From assembly GCA_965219535.1 (NCBI GenBank), contig CBDCNV010000001.1:330001-362000 (forward strand): a stretch of DNA of 32,000 nucleotides, given 5' to 3'. Below, one piece after another: positions 19,297 to 27,828 of this stretch (the stretch's first letter is position 1; every line of letters begins with the position of its first letter). The notes beneath the pieces are model-generated. The model searched no databases, was not told where the DNA came from, and was given only the letters and a program-made list of their open reading frames with translations. The stretch comes from Opitutales bacterium (lineage in GTDB: Bacteria; Verrucomicrobiota; Verrucomicrobiia; Opitutales; PNEW01). Made by a program: the position numbers and the translations under genes.

Positions 19297-20106
19297 ATGG
19301 CCAATAAACCTTCTACCATGGTTCACGAGGATTTCCATTATGGAGATGAAGAAAATGCACATTACCTTAATGAAGGGTATCACATCTGTGATAAATTTTT
19401 GACAGATGAAGCGCTTGCTTATTGTCGGGCCAAAATCGATCCGATGACAGCGCAAGTCTGTGATGAACTCCCGACACATATGATTGTCTCCGCCCATCAA
19501 CTGGGAGCACAGTGGATGATAGACCTGGCTACTGAGCCGAAATTGTTAGACCTCCTGGAAAAACAAGTCGGACCCAACATTGTCCTCTGGTCCTCTCATT
19601 TATTATGCAAACAACCCCATACGGGGGAGGCTATTCCCTGGCATCAGGATGCTCCCTACTGGAATGTATCAAAGAATCTTTCCGGTGGAGTGTGGATACC
19701 ATTTGATGATATCGATGAAGAAAATGGAGCGATGTCCATCATTCCCGGGTGGCATAATAGAGGTACTCTAAAAAGACTTTACGTTGACGAAAAATTCTTT
19801 TCAGAGGAAATTGATCCAGCTGTTTTACCGGAAAATATAGATGAAGTGAAGGTGCAATACAATGTACGCGCGGGGCAATTGTGTGTTCACGATACGATGA
19901 CTCCCCATAACTCAGTACCCAATAATTCAGACCGATGGCGCCGCGTGCTCGTTTTGCGCTATATGGGCGCGGAAGATGAAATGGTAGAAAAGGACTATCA
20001 AGATTACCGTGATAACAGTGATTTCCGTCGAATATATTACCTTGTTCGGGGCCATGATATAATGAATCGAGGTCTGAACACGGATCTCTTGCCTGCTGCC
20101 GTTTAA
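19297..20106 (+). CDS. Phytanoyl-CoA dioxygenase (PhyH) family Fe(II)/2-oxoglutarate dioxygenase
   Basis: AAGGA Shine-Dalgarno-like motif before the ATG. HxD iron motif in IPWHQDAPYW. Distal His in VHDTMTPHNSVPN. Arg (RWRRVLVLRY) typical of 2OG binding. 269 aa. Confidence 0.75.
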   Translation: MANKPSTMVHEDFHYGDEENAHYLNEGYHICDKFLTDEALAYCRAKIDPMTAQVCDELPTHMIVSAHQLGAQWMIDLATEPKLLDLLEKQVGPNIVLWSSHLLCKQPHTGEAIPWHQDAPYWNVSKNLSGGVWIPFDDIDEENGAMSIIPGWHNRGTLKRLYVDEKFFSEEIDPAVLPENIDEVKVQYNVRAGQLCVHDTMTPHNSVPNNSDRWRRVLVLRYMGAEDEMVEKDYQDYRDNSDFRRIYYLVRGHDIMNRGLNTDLLPAAV

Positions 20107-20116
20107 ATAAGACGGC

Positions 20117-20137
20117 CGAACTTTTTAGATAAGTTCG
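20117..20137. terminator. Hairpin between convergent genes (possible bidirectional terminator)
   Basis: cgaactt (20117-20123) / aagttcg (20131-20137), a 7-bp perfect stem with a 7-nt loop, between the PhyH stop (20106) and the sixA stop (20151). No clear U-tract on either strand. Confidence 0.35.
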
Positions 20138-20150
20138 TTGCTGATCCGGT

Positions 20151-20636
20151 TTACCCAGCGTATAATTGGGAGTCGAGCATCCATTGGACAACCCAGAGCA
20201 GATTGTCATCTTCATCTATGGAGTAGCCCTCGAATGCGATAAGTCCGCAGGTATCCAAGTTAAATAAGATGGGGCTTTCTTCCCTTGTAAGAAGGGATGA
20301 AGCAAGGATTGCGAGCTGTGGTAAATGTCCTACAAGCATAATATTTTTTTCTTCCTCTTGTAATTGATCGAAGAGTGTTCGCACATTATCCGAGGGTGCG
20401 AGTCCCTTGATTTCTTTCAAAGGTATATCGAGATTCATCTCAGAGTTCAATAACTGGGCTGTTTCGCCTGTTCGAACAAGGGTGCTATGACGGATTTCAT
20501 CGATGGCGATGACGTCCGTTGCTTTTAATAATTTCGCCAAAGCAATTACTGTATTTCTCCCTCTCTCACTCAATATGCGCTCTTCGTCGGGATAAGTTGA
20601 TTGGGCTTCCGCGTGTCTTAGCAAGTATAGCTTCAT
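20151..20636 (-). CDS. sixA: Phosphohistidine phosphatase SixA (histidine phosphatase superfamily)
   Basis: MKLYLLRHAEA catalytic RHxE motif at the N-terminus, and VGHLP. I start at the internal ATG at 20636 rather than the track start at 20711. The 25-aa extension has no family similarity and would overlap the upstream gene. Confidence 0.8.
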   Translation of the reverse strand: MKLYLLRHAEAQSTYPDEERILSERGRNTVIALAKLLKATDVIAIDEIRHSTLVRTGETAQLLNSEMNLDIPLKEIKGLAPSDNVRTLFDQLQEEEKNIMLVGHLPQLAILASSLLTREESPILFNLDTCGLIAFEGYSIDEDDNLLWVVQWMLDSQLYAG

Positions 20637-20649
20637 ATGAAAAAATATT

Positions 20650-21108
20650 TTATTTGGCGCTCTGTGTGTGGAGCAGACCACTGAGAAACTGTTCTTTCCA
20701 ATGATACGCATTGAGCAGCGATGGGTTATCTTCTCCCAAAATCTTCATGGCGACATAGAGCGCTTCAATTGAGGCGAGTCCACCTTCAGGGTCTTTAAAA
20801 ATTTTACTTATTCGCGGATAAGCAGTTATTATATTTCCAGGTAGAGTGCGGCGTAAGGGATTTCCAACAATACAGGATTCGAGCTTAGGAATAAGACGCC
20901 ATGTGCTGTCAAGAATGAGAATCGGGTGTCCGGAATCTTGTGCAGTTAAAAGGGGTGCGTCGAGAGTGAGGAGAATATAATCGGTTGCATCAAAACGGAA
21001 ACTTTCGTGAGCATTAAAAAAAGTAATGCCGGTCTGCTTATGGAGTGGAGCCAGAGTACATTTACTTTTACGCTCTTTGGAGTGACGAATTACGACGACT
21101 TGTACCAT
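20650..21108 (-). CDS. Short DTW/Tsr3-like (TDD superfamily) putative aminocarboxypropyl transferase
   Basis: 152 aa. KSKCTLAPL near the N-terminus, LDSTW (DTW-type motif), RRTLPGNIITAYPR, ASIEALYVAMKILGE and YHWKEQFL. From memory, the spacing and order resemble archaeal/eukaryotic Tsr3 more than long bacterial DTW (YfiP/TapT) proteins. Confidence 0.55.
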   Translation of the reverse strand: MVQVVVIRHSKERKSKCTLAPLHKQTGITFFNAHESFRFDATDYILLTLDAPLLTAQDSGHPILILDSTWRLIPKLESCIVGNPLRRTLPGNIITAYPRISKIFKDPEGGLASIEALYVAMKILGEDNPSLLNAYHWKEQFLSGLLHTQSAK

Positions 21109-21272
21109 TGTATTAATAGCATAGCAGGAGTTTAATGTTAGCTAAAAGTGTAATTTAAGACCATAACAAATGAAGAATTTCGTAAGGTATTTTATTCCCA
21201 ATCTGATGCATGGGATGATCGCAGTCATGCATAATTCTTGACACACTAAATAATTAATATTCAGGATCAGCA

Positions 21273-22052
21273 ATGGCGAAGATAAAAGAAAAGATTGCAC
21301 TTGTTACGGGTGCCGCTGACGGCATTGGGTTGGCCATTGCTAAACGATTTGCTTCGGAAGGGGCAAAGGTGGCGATGGTCGACATCCAGGAAAAAAAATG
21401 TGTAGAGGAAGCAAGAGCTATTGAATCTCTGGGAGGTGAGGTGAGACCCATTTCTTGCGACGTCGGAAATTCTGAAAGCGTTTCCGCAGCGGTCGAAGAG
21501 ACGTTAGAGCATTTCGGTAAAGTTGACATTATGTGCAATAATGCAGCTATTGCTTTAGGTGTGACAATCACCGAGATGTCTGAGGAAGATTGGAATAAAG
21601 TAATTAATATAAACCTATCGAGCGTCTATCGAGGTTGTAAGTTTGTCATCCCGCACATGAAAAAAGGGAATGGTGGATCGATTATTAATATTGCGTCGGC
21701 TGCAGCACACGTTGGGCTTGATACTTTCACTGCTTATACAGCGGCAAAGGGCGCGATCATAGCTATGACCCGACAGCTGGCGAAAGAATTTGCCCCTCAA
21801 AATATTCGCGTAAACAGTATATCCCCGGGTACTATTAATACACCGATGAATGCCAAGTTAATGGCGGAGCCCGGGGGTGAAAATCTTATGGCGTCCTGGG
21901 TAAGTATGCATCCGATGAATAGAATAGGGGAGCCCGATGAAGTGGCTGGTGCCGCTCTTTTCCTCGCTTCCGATGATTCGAGTTTCGTTACCGGCGCGGA
22001 GCTCATGGTTGACGGGGGGCTTACGATCAATCCGGGATTTGACGAACAATAA
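21273..22052 (+). CDS. Short-chain dehydrogenase/reductase (classical SDR)
   Basis: TGAADGIGLAIA cofactor motif, NNAA, and catalytic S...YTAAK (YxxxK). 259 aa. Confidence 0.85.
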   Translation: MAKIKEKIALVTGAADGIGLAIAKRFASEGAKVAMVDIQEKKCVEEARAIESLGGEVRPISCDVGNSESVSAAVEETLEHFGKVDIMCNNAAIALGVTITEMSEEDWNKVININLSSVYRGCKFVIPHMKKGNGGSIINIASAAAHVGLDTFTAYTAAKGAIIAMTRQLAKEFAPQNIRVNSISPGTINTPMNAKLMAEPGGENLMASWVSMHPMNRIGEPDEVAGAALFLASDDSSFVTGAELMVDGGLTINPGFDEQ

Positions 22053-22075
22053 CTCACTCATATATTTTAAAGCAC

Positions 22076-22918
22076 ATGGAACCTCTTCTCAATTTAGATT
22101 CTGTCAGTATCTTTCATTTTGCCCGCTACTCCAAAATCCGTCTTAACCACCCGGAAGGCATAATGGTAGATCCGGATGGAAATATATGGTGTGGTGGCGA
22201 ACATGGTGAATTATACCGTATCAGTAATGATGGTACAGAAATCGAGATCTTAGCAAAGACCGATGGTTATCATCTCGGGTTAGCCATGGATTCTCAACGG
22301 CGCATCTATGTTTGCGACACAGGTCATAAGTGCGTAACGGTGTTTGATGAGAAGGGGAAAGAGCTAGATCGTCTTGTTGGCAGTGACGGTGATGATAAAC
22401 TGACCGTTCCCAATTACGTGGTGGTAGATGAAAAGCGTAACGCACTTTATGTGTCCAACAGCCTGGAAAACGGTCCGGGGGTATGGCGATTTGATCTGGC
22501 AACCGGTGCAAGTCAGCTATGGATGAACGAAGATTGCTTAGTTGCTAATGGAATAGCGTTGTCCCTGGATGGGAATACCCTGTATGTGGTGGAAAGCTAT
22601 TTACCCGGAGTCACTGCCGTGCCTATAAATGAAGACGGTAGCGCAGGTCCGAAGCGACTTCATGTCAGCATGACTGAGGGTCATGTTCCTGATGGACTCG
22701 CCGTTAATACTAAGGGACAGCTCTTTATCACCTGTTTCGACCCTAACCGTATTTTTCTTGTTAACGATAAGGGAGAGGCAGAACTTCTGGTTGAAGATAA
22801 GCTTTATTCTAAGCTCAATCACCCGACCAACATTGCCTTACGCAATGATCATGAGCTCTTTGTCGCCAGTTTGGGCGGTTGGCATATATGCCTCGTTGAT
22901 CTCTCCAGCTTGTATTAA
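22076..22918 (+). CDS. SMP-30/gluconolactonase/LRE-family beta-propeller (putative lactonase)
   Basis: PEGIMVDPDGNIWCGG, repeated D-x-G-x-(L/I)-(Y/F)-(V/I) blades, ANGIALSLDGNTLYVVES and PDGLAVNTKGQLFI. 280 aa. Starts 24 nt after the SDR stop. Confidence 0.75.
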   Translation: MEPLLNLDSVSIFHFARYSKIRLNHPEGIMVDPDGNIWCGGEHGELYRISNDGTEIEILAKTDGYHLGLAMDSQRRIYVCDTGHKCVTVFDEKGKELDRLVGSDGDDKLTVPNYVVVDEKRNALYVSNSLENGPGVWRFDLATGASQLWMNEDCLVANGIALSLDGNTLYVVESYLPGVTAVPINEDGSAGPKRLHVSMTEGHVPDGLAVNTKGQLFITCFDPNRIFLVNDKGEAELLVEDKLYSKLNHPTNIALRNDHELFVASLGGWHICLVDLSSLY

Positions 22919-22972
22919 AATCTATCTATTTAAAACCCGATAGATTCATCTCAGTTTTTTAATCCCAATTAA

Positions 22973-23839
22973 TCAACCACGAGCGGGTTCGGTCATCTTC
23001 TCCTTGGCCTTGCGAACTTCTTCGGGAAGATGGTCTTGATTGGCGAGAACCTGTTCGAGGTGTCGCATCCTTTCGGGTCCCGCTGTTCGCAGCATCGCCT
23101 CACCATAGGTTGAATCATTCCAGAATCGGGCATGTCCACTGATATTATCCCGAAGATGCTGTAGATGTTCAGTTTTATACCTGCTCGAACAATTGATCGT
23201 AAACATCCGCCTTCTTTTTCCACCACCCCAACTGCTGTGTTTGGTGCTGTGATTGAATATTCCGACATCACCCGGGTTTGTCTCTAGAGCGACGGCGGGA
23301 ATATCTTTCCCCTTCAGGCCAAAGAGTTTCTGCTCGTCCGTTCGCACTGAATTTTTTACTTCCTGTTCCAGGGCTTCCGCATAACTATCATTTAGTTTAT
23401 GGCTTCCCGGAATCACCCGCAATGCGCCTGTTTCGCGTGTCAATGGATCGAGATAAAATGCCACTTTGTACCATTTGACAACTCGTTTAAATTCGAAGAA
23501 TCCACCATCGGAGTGCCAGGCAGTATTGCCCACATAATAATTTCCATCGCTTCCATTATAGTTGTAGTCTTCGCCGAGAAGACTGGTCATAATACCGTCT
23601 ATTCGGGGATCATCAATAAGTGCAGAAAGGTATTCACTCTGATCAATAAAAGGGGTGATGCATGATCGCGCAGTACCTTCATGGGGTTTACCATCATGCC
23701 CTCCACCGTGATTGGTCCACACCCCTTCGAACTCGGCAGTTATCTTATTGATATCATTTTTAAATAAACCGGGAAAAGTGAGATAGCCAAAATTTTCAAT
23801 AAATGCCATCTCTTCAGGTGTGAGGACTTTCTTTTCCAT
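22973..23839 (-). CDS. PhyH-family Fe(II)/2-oxoglutarate dioxygenase
   Basis: HxD motif in TAWHSDGG. Distal His in IFNHSTKHSS. Arg-rich strand KRRRMFTI. 288 aa. Confidence 0.7.
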   Translation of the reverse strand: MEKKVLTPEEMAFIENFGYLTFPGLFKNDINKITAEFEGVWTNHGGGHDGKPHEGTARSCITPFIDQSEYLSALIDDPRIDGIMTSLLGEDYNYNGSDGNYYVGNTAWHSDGGFFEFKRVVKWYKVAFYLDPLTRETGALRVIPGSHKLNDSYAEALEQEVKNSVRTDEQKLFGLKGKDIPAVALETNPGDVGIFNHSTKHSSWGGGKRRRMFTINCSSRYKTEHLQHLRDNISGHARFWNDSTYGEAMLRTAGPERMRHLEQVLANQDHLPEEVRKAKEKMTEPARG

Positions 23840-23901
23840 AAGAGTTTCAAATTAAAACATTACTTTAAAGTGTAGTATTTTGTAAAATAACAACGGCCCC
23901 A

Positions 23902-24654
23902 TCATTTTACAATATCGAACTGGCGTGCTACCACCCAATCGGGTCGCGGGTTGTCCACAGGTCGCGGCTTATTATCAATACTATTATAGGAGATGATAAA
24001 TGATTTACGGGGCAGGGGGGACATATTGTGACTGGAGCCGTGTGCAATATTACAATCAAAGAAGAGCACGTCACCGGGGACGCCTGTGATCTGACGAATA
24101 TTATCTTCCTTTACTTTTTGCATGAGCGTTTCCCTGTCGATACACCACTGTTTGTAGCTGGTGGTTACAGTATCCGCATAATGTTCCTGTCGTCCCCAAT
24201 GATGAGATCCTGAAATGACCATGAGACAGCCGTTGTTGACGGTCGCCTCATCGAGAAATACCATTACGGAAACCAGTTTTGGATCTACTCCATCCCACAT
24301 CCAGTAACCATAGTCCTGGTGCCACAACCAGACTGCTCCCTCAAAAGCTTCCTTAGCATTAAGCTTACTATGCCAAATATAGACATCATTATTTATTATC
24401 TGTTTTACAGGTTCGTGGATTTTAGGATGCTTAATTAATTTTTTAAAAGCGGGGTTATAGCGATGCGCCAGAAATACCTGGCGGACGGCACCGGTTTTTT
24501 CCCTTTCACGGTGCATGAGGTCTTCCTCATCTTTTCCATCCATTAATTGAGCAACCGCATTATTTAGCTCCGACGTTTCTTCGCTCGTTAACAATCCAGG
24601 TATAAAAAGGAATCCGGTTTCAGCGTATTCATTCAACTGCTCTTGTGTCCACAT
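23902..24654 (-). CDS. PhyH-family dioxygenase related to ectoine hydroxylase (EctD-like, variant signature)
   Basis: Collinear with EctD-type proteins. WLWHQDYGYWMWDGVDP occupies the place of the EctD signature F-x-WHSDFETWH-x-EDG-M/L-P. HGSSHNMSPLPRKSFIISYNS matches the distal His and Arg region. Confidence 0.7.
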   Translation of the reverse strand: MWTQEQLNEYAETGFLFIPGLLTSEETSELNNAVAQLMDGKDEEDLMHREREKTGAVRQVFLAHRYNPAFKKLIKHPKIHEPVKQIINNDVYIWHSKLNAKEAFEGAVWLWHQDYGYWMWDGVDPKLVSVMVFLDEATVNNGCLMVISGSHHWGRQEHYADTVTTSYKQWCIDRETLMQKVKEDNIRQITGVPGDVLFFDCNIAHGSSHNMSPLPRKSFIISYNSIDNKPRPVDNPRPDWVVARQFDIVK

Positions 24655-24898
24655 TTTATAATAATTGTCGGCTGTTCACAGCGGGTAAAATCGTTTGTGC
24701 ATGTATATATAATGTCAATTGTCGATAGCTTGCTTTAATGGAAACAGTTAGCTGTAGCTGCTGTCTCTTCTTTATAATTCTTATGGTCTACTATCTTAGC
24801 TTAAGGATATACAACTTGCAATACTCACCATAAACTTTCTATTGCATAACGCTTTTGTCATGGATTTATATTTAAAATTTCAATTGTTTTCATCTCGT

Positions 24899-25354
24899 AT
24901 GCTAAAAGTCATAATCACAATTTTGATATTTTTTTTAAGTTTAACGTCTATTCTTTTGGGCGAAGAATTGACCAATCTGGAATTAAAAAAGGGAACAATT
25001 GAAATTAACGTCCAGAATCTTCGAAATGATAATGGTTCCGTAAGAATAGCGCTTTACGCATCCAGTGATACATTTTGCATAAAGGGTAAAGAATTTCGAA
25101 GTGCAGTGATTAAACCGAATGAGAAAAAAGCAATAACACAATTTACTGAAATCCCCTATGGTGAATTTGCGATTGCCCTTTATCATGACGAAAACAACGA
25201 CGATAAATTTAAGATGGGCTTGCTTTATATTATTTTTAGAGAACGGTACGGATTTTCTAATGATGCCAGACCGTTGTTTAGTCAGCCGGACTTCGAAAGG
25301 GCTAAATTCATTCTCGATTCTGAGACTCAATCTATCACCATAACAGCTCAATAA
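24899..25354 (+). CDS. DUF2141-family secreted protein
   Basis: Signal peptide MLKVIITILIFFLSLTSILLG. GSVRIALYAS and AIALYHDENNDDKF...RYGFSNDA...FERAKF match DUF2141 motifs as I recall them. The track start TTG at 24842 is replaced by ATG at 24899, which opens the signal peptide. Confidence 0.65.
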   Translation: MLKVIITILIFFLSLTSILLGEELTNLELKKGTIEINVQNLRNDNGSVRIALYASSDTFCIKGKEFRSAVIKPNEKKAITQFTEIPYGEFAIALYHDENNDDKFKMGLLYIIFRERYGFSNDARPLFSQPDFERAKFILDSETQSITITAQ

Positions 25355-25512
25355 GCGATTACAGCTAATGGGGTCCGTGCGAATCGTACGCCATCCTTTA
25401 TGTTGAGGAATTGTTTTTCACCACACCTGATTACTCTGCTCTCAAATGAGCTGGTGTGAAGCGTGGGAAATCCGTAACGTTAAAGCAGTTGATGACTAAT
25501 ACTTCTGATAGA

Positions 25513-27429
25513 CTATCGGAACAAAACTGCTTTCGCAGTTCTTGTTTCCAATGCATTATAGCGAGTTAAAATCTGGTTATAAATTGATTCGAAGTCTAGC
25601 CCATTGAGTGTCCGTAAATCATCTACCGAAGATCCGTGGTCAATAAATCGATCAGGCCAGCCAATCCGATTTACAGGTGTTCGACAATTGGATTCATTAA
25701 GCGTTTCGAGGACCCCACTTCCAAAACCACCCGTCAGGACATGATCTTCAATCGTTACAATCAATTGGCTGGAATTTGCCTGTGAGATGAGGAGGTTCGT
25801 ATCGATTGGCTTAGCATAACGTGCATTCACTACACCAACCGAAATTCCCTCTTCTACTTTCAGTTTTTCCGCCAGTTTTATCGCTTCAACTATCCAGGGT
25901 CCTAACGCCCATATATTGATATTATTACCTTCTTTTATGATCTCCGCTTCCCCGATATTTAAAATTGCGGGTTTCTTTTTAATTTGAACACCTGTTCCAT
26001 TGCCACGGGGATAACGAATAAAAGTGGGCTGTTGGGTCTGAAGGCTGGTCCAAAGCATGTCGACCAATTCGTCTTCATCTTTAGGTTGCATGACGATTGA
26101 ATTCGGGATGCAACGCAAATAAGCAATATCGAATAAACCGTGGTGTGTTGGTCCGTCCTGGGGGGATAACCCCGCTCTATCCATGCAGAAGGTAACGGGA
26201 AGATTTTGGACACCTACATCGTGAATGATCGGGTCGTAAGCTCGCTGCAGCATGGTCGAATATATTGCGCAAACGGGCTTAAAGTCTTGAGTCGACAAAC
26301 CAGCGGCAAATAAAACTGCATGTTCTTCTGCCATCCCCACATCAAAAAATTGTTTAGGTAATTCATCGTGCAGTAGTTTCAAGCTTGTTCCCGTGGACAT
26401 CGCAGCAGTGATGCCAACGATTTTGGGATCGCGCTTAGCAAAGCGAACCATGGCTCGACCAAATACATCCTGAAATTTTGGTGGTGTACCGGGTTTACTG
26501 GGTTTGCTTTTGCCCGTCGCAATTTCAAATGGACCAGGACCGTGGAATGTTTCAGGATCTGCAATGGCGGGTTCATATCCTTTTCCCTTTGTGGTGAGAA
26601 TATGCAGAACAATTGGTTTCTCGTAGTTTTTGCAGAACTCGAGATAATGACTGATTCTTTCGAGGTCATTGCCATCAATGGGACCGAGATAACGCAACCC
26701 ATATTTTTCAAAAATAGAGGAGGAGACAATAAAGTCTTTGGCGTCCTTTTTAGCCTTTCTTCCAATTTTTATAATGGATTCACCCCCGGGGATCTTTTTC
26801 AGGAAAGCTTTTACATCCTGATCAAGCCGATTGTAGATCGGATTTGTGATGAGTTCATTGAGGTATTTGGCGGTGGCACCAACATTTTTAGATATCGACC
26901 ACTTATTATCGTTCAGTACCACAATCAACCTTTTCGTATGAGCGGTAACGTTATTCAAGGCTTCCATCGTGATGCCGCAAGTGAGTCCGGCATCACCTAG
27001 AACCGCTACTACATGTTCATCACTTCCACGTAGGTCTCTCGCCGCGGCCATCCCCAAAGCTGCTGACAAACCTGTTCCCGCATGACCCGCACCGTAGCTA
27101 TCATGAGGACTTTCAGCGCGACTGAGAAAACCACTCGTTCCACCCGTCTTGCGCAATTTTTTAAAAAGCTCGCCCTGGCGACCGGTGATTAATTTGTGAA
27201 CATAACCCTGATGTGAGACATCAAAAGTAAACTTGTCCTGGGGAGAATCAAAAACCCGATGCAGGGCAATGGTGAGTTCAACCACTCCGAGATTAGGTCC
27301 GATATGACCACCATTTTCCGATGTGACCGCAATAATCTTTGCTCTGATTTCTTCTGCAAGTGAAGAGAGTTCGTCAAAGGTTAGAGCTTTTATGTCAGCT
27401 GGTTCTTTAATACGATCGAGAAGAGACAT
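25513..27429 (-). CDS. dxs: 1-deoxy-D-xylulose-5-phosphate synthase
   Basis: 638 aa. N-terminus MSLLDRIKEPADIKALTFDELSSLAEEIR, GGHIGPNLGVVELT, the TPP motif GDAGLTCGITMEALNN, and transketolase-like pyrimidine-binding and C-terminal domains. Confidence 0.95.
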   Translation of the reverse strand: MSLLDRIKEPADIKALTFDELSSLAEEIRAKIIAVTSENGGHIGPNLGVVELTIALHRVFDSPQDKFTFDVSHQGYVHKLITGRQGELFKKLRKTGGTSGFLSRAESPHDSYGAGHAGTGLSAALGMAAARDLRGSDEHVVAVLGDAGLTCGITMEALNNVTAHTKRLIVVLNDNKWSISKNVGATAKYLNELITNPIYNRLDQDVKAFLKKIPGGESIIKIGRKAKKDAKDFIVSSSIFEKYGLRYLGPIDGNDLERISHYLEFCKNYEKPIVLHILTTKGKGYEPAIADPETFHGPGPFEIATGKSKPSKPGTPPKFQDVFGRAMVRFAKRDPKIVGITAAMSTGTSLKLLHDELPKQFFDVGMAEEHAVLFAAGLSTQDFKPVCAIYSTMLQRAYDPIIHDVGVQNLPVTFCMDRAGLSPQDGPTHHGLFDIAYLRCIPNSIVMQPKDEDELVDMLWTSLQTQQPTFIRYPRGNGTGVQIKKKPAILNIGEAEIIKEGNNINIWALGPWIVEAIKLAEKLKVEEGISVGVVNARYAKPIDTNLLISQANSSQLIVTIEDHVLTGGFGSGVLETLNESNCRTPVNRIGWPDRFIDHGSSVDDLRTLNGLDFESIYNQILTRYNALETRTAKAVLFR

Positions 27430-27828
27430 CTTAATTTTCAGGGAAAAAATCGTTAGAAATTAAGTAAATTATTATTATTCTTTTATAACAATGACACAAT
27501 TTTAAAACGCTATAATAACAAACCTCACTCTAATTATTTAATCTCATCATGGTAAGTTATTTAGAGCATAATTGGGAGGTTAAAGGTTCTATTCATTCTA
27601 TTGCAACAAATTTTGTAAATATTACCATTTTGTAATTTTCCAGTTAGAAACAACGACCAAGTGAAGCTACGCGGTTTACCTCTTCATCTTTCAATTTCCA
27701 ACAATATAAAAATAGATATAGCGTACAATTTCTCAGTTTTCAGCATTTCTCACTCTTTTTCTGAGTCACCCTGGAATAGAAAGTTGAATTTGAAGGTATC
27801 ATTCTTATATCAATAAATACGTATCTTT

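Noticed and set aside
20637-20711. 25-codon N-terminal extension of the sixA ORF (MRIIGKNSFSVVCSTHRAPNKIFFH).
   Set aside because: The family begins at MKLYLLRHAEA. The extension would overlap the upstream Tsr3-like gene by 62 nt and has no recognisable features.
22920-22945. atctatc...gatagat hairpin between the convergent SMP-30 and PhyH genes as a terminator.
   Set aside because: It is a 7-bp all-weak AT-rich stem with a 12-nt loop and no adjacent U-tract, so it is too unstable to call.
24842-24898. TTG-initiated 19-codon extension of the DUF2141 ORF.
   Set aside because: The ATG at 24899 opens directly onto a canonical signal peptide. The extension would bury that signal peptide internally.
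27640-27800. Possible TPP riboswitch in the dxs upstream region. dxs is TPP-dependent, and the minus strand contains gggtga...ctgaga.
   Set aside because: The conserved ACCUGAUCUGGAUAAUGCCAGCG-type core and matching helices are absent. Only a chance CTGAGA hexamer is present, about 300 nt from the dxs start.
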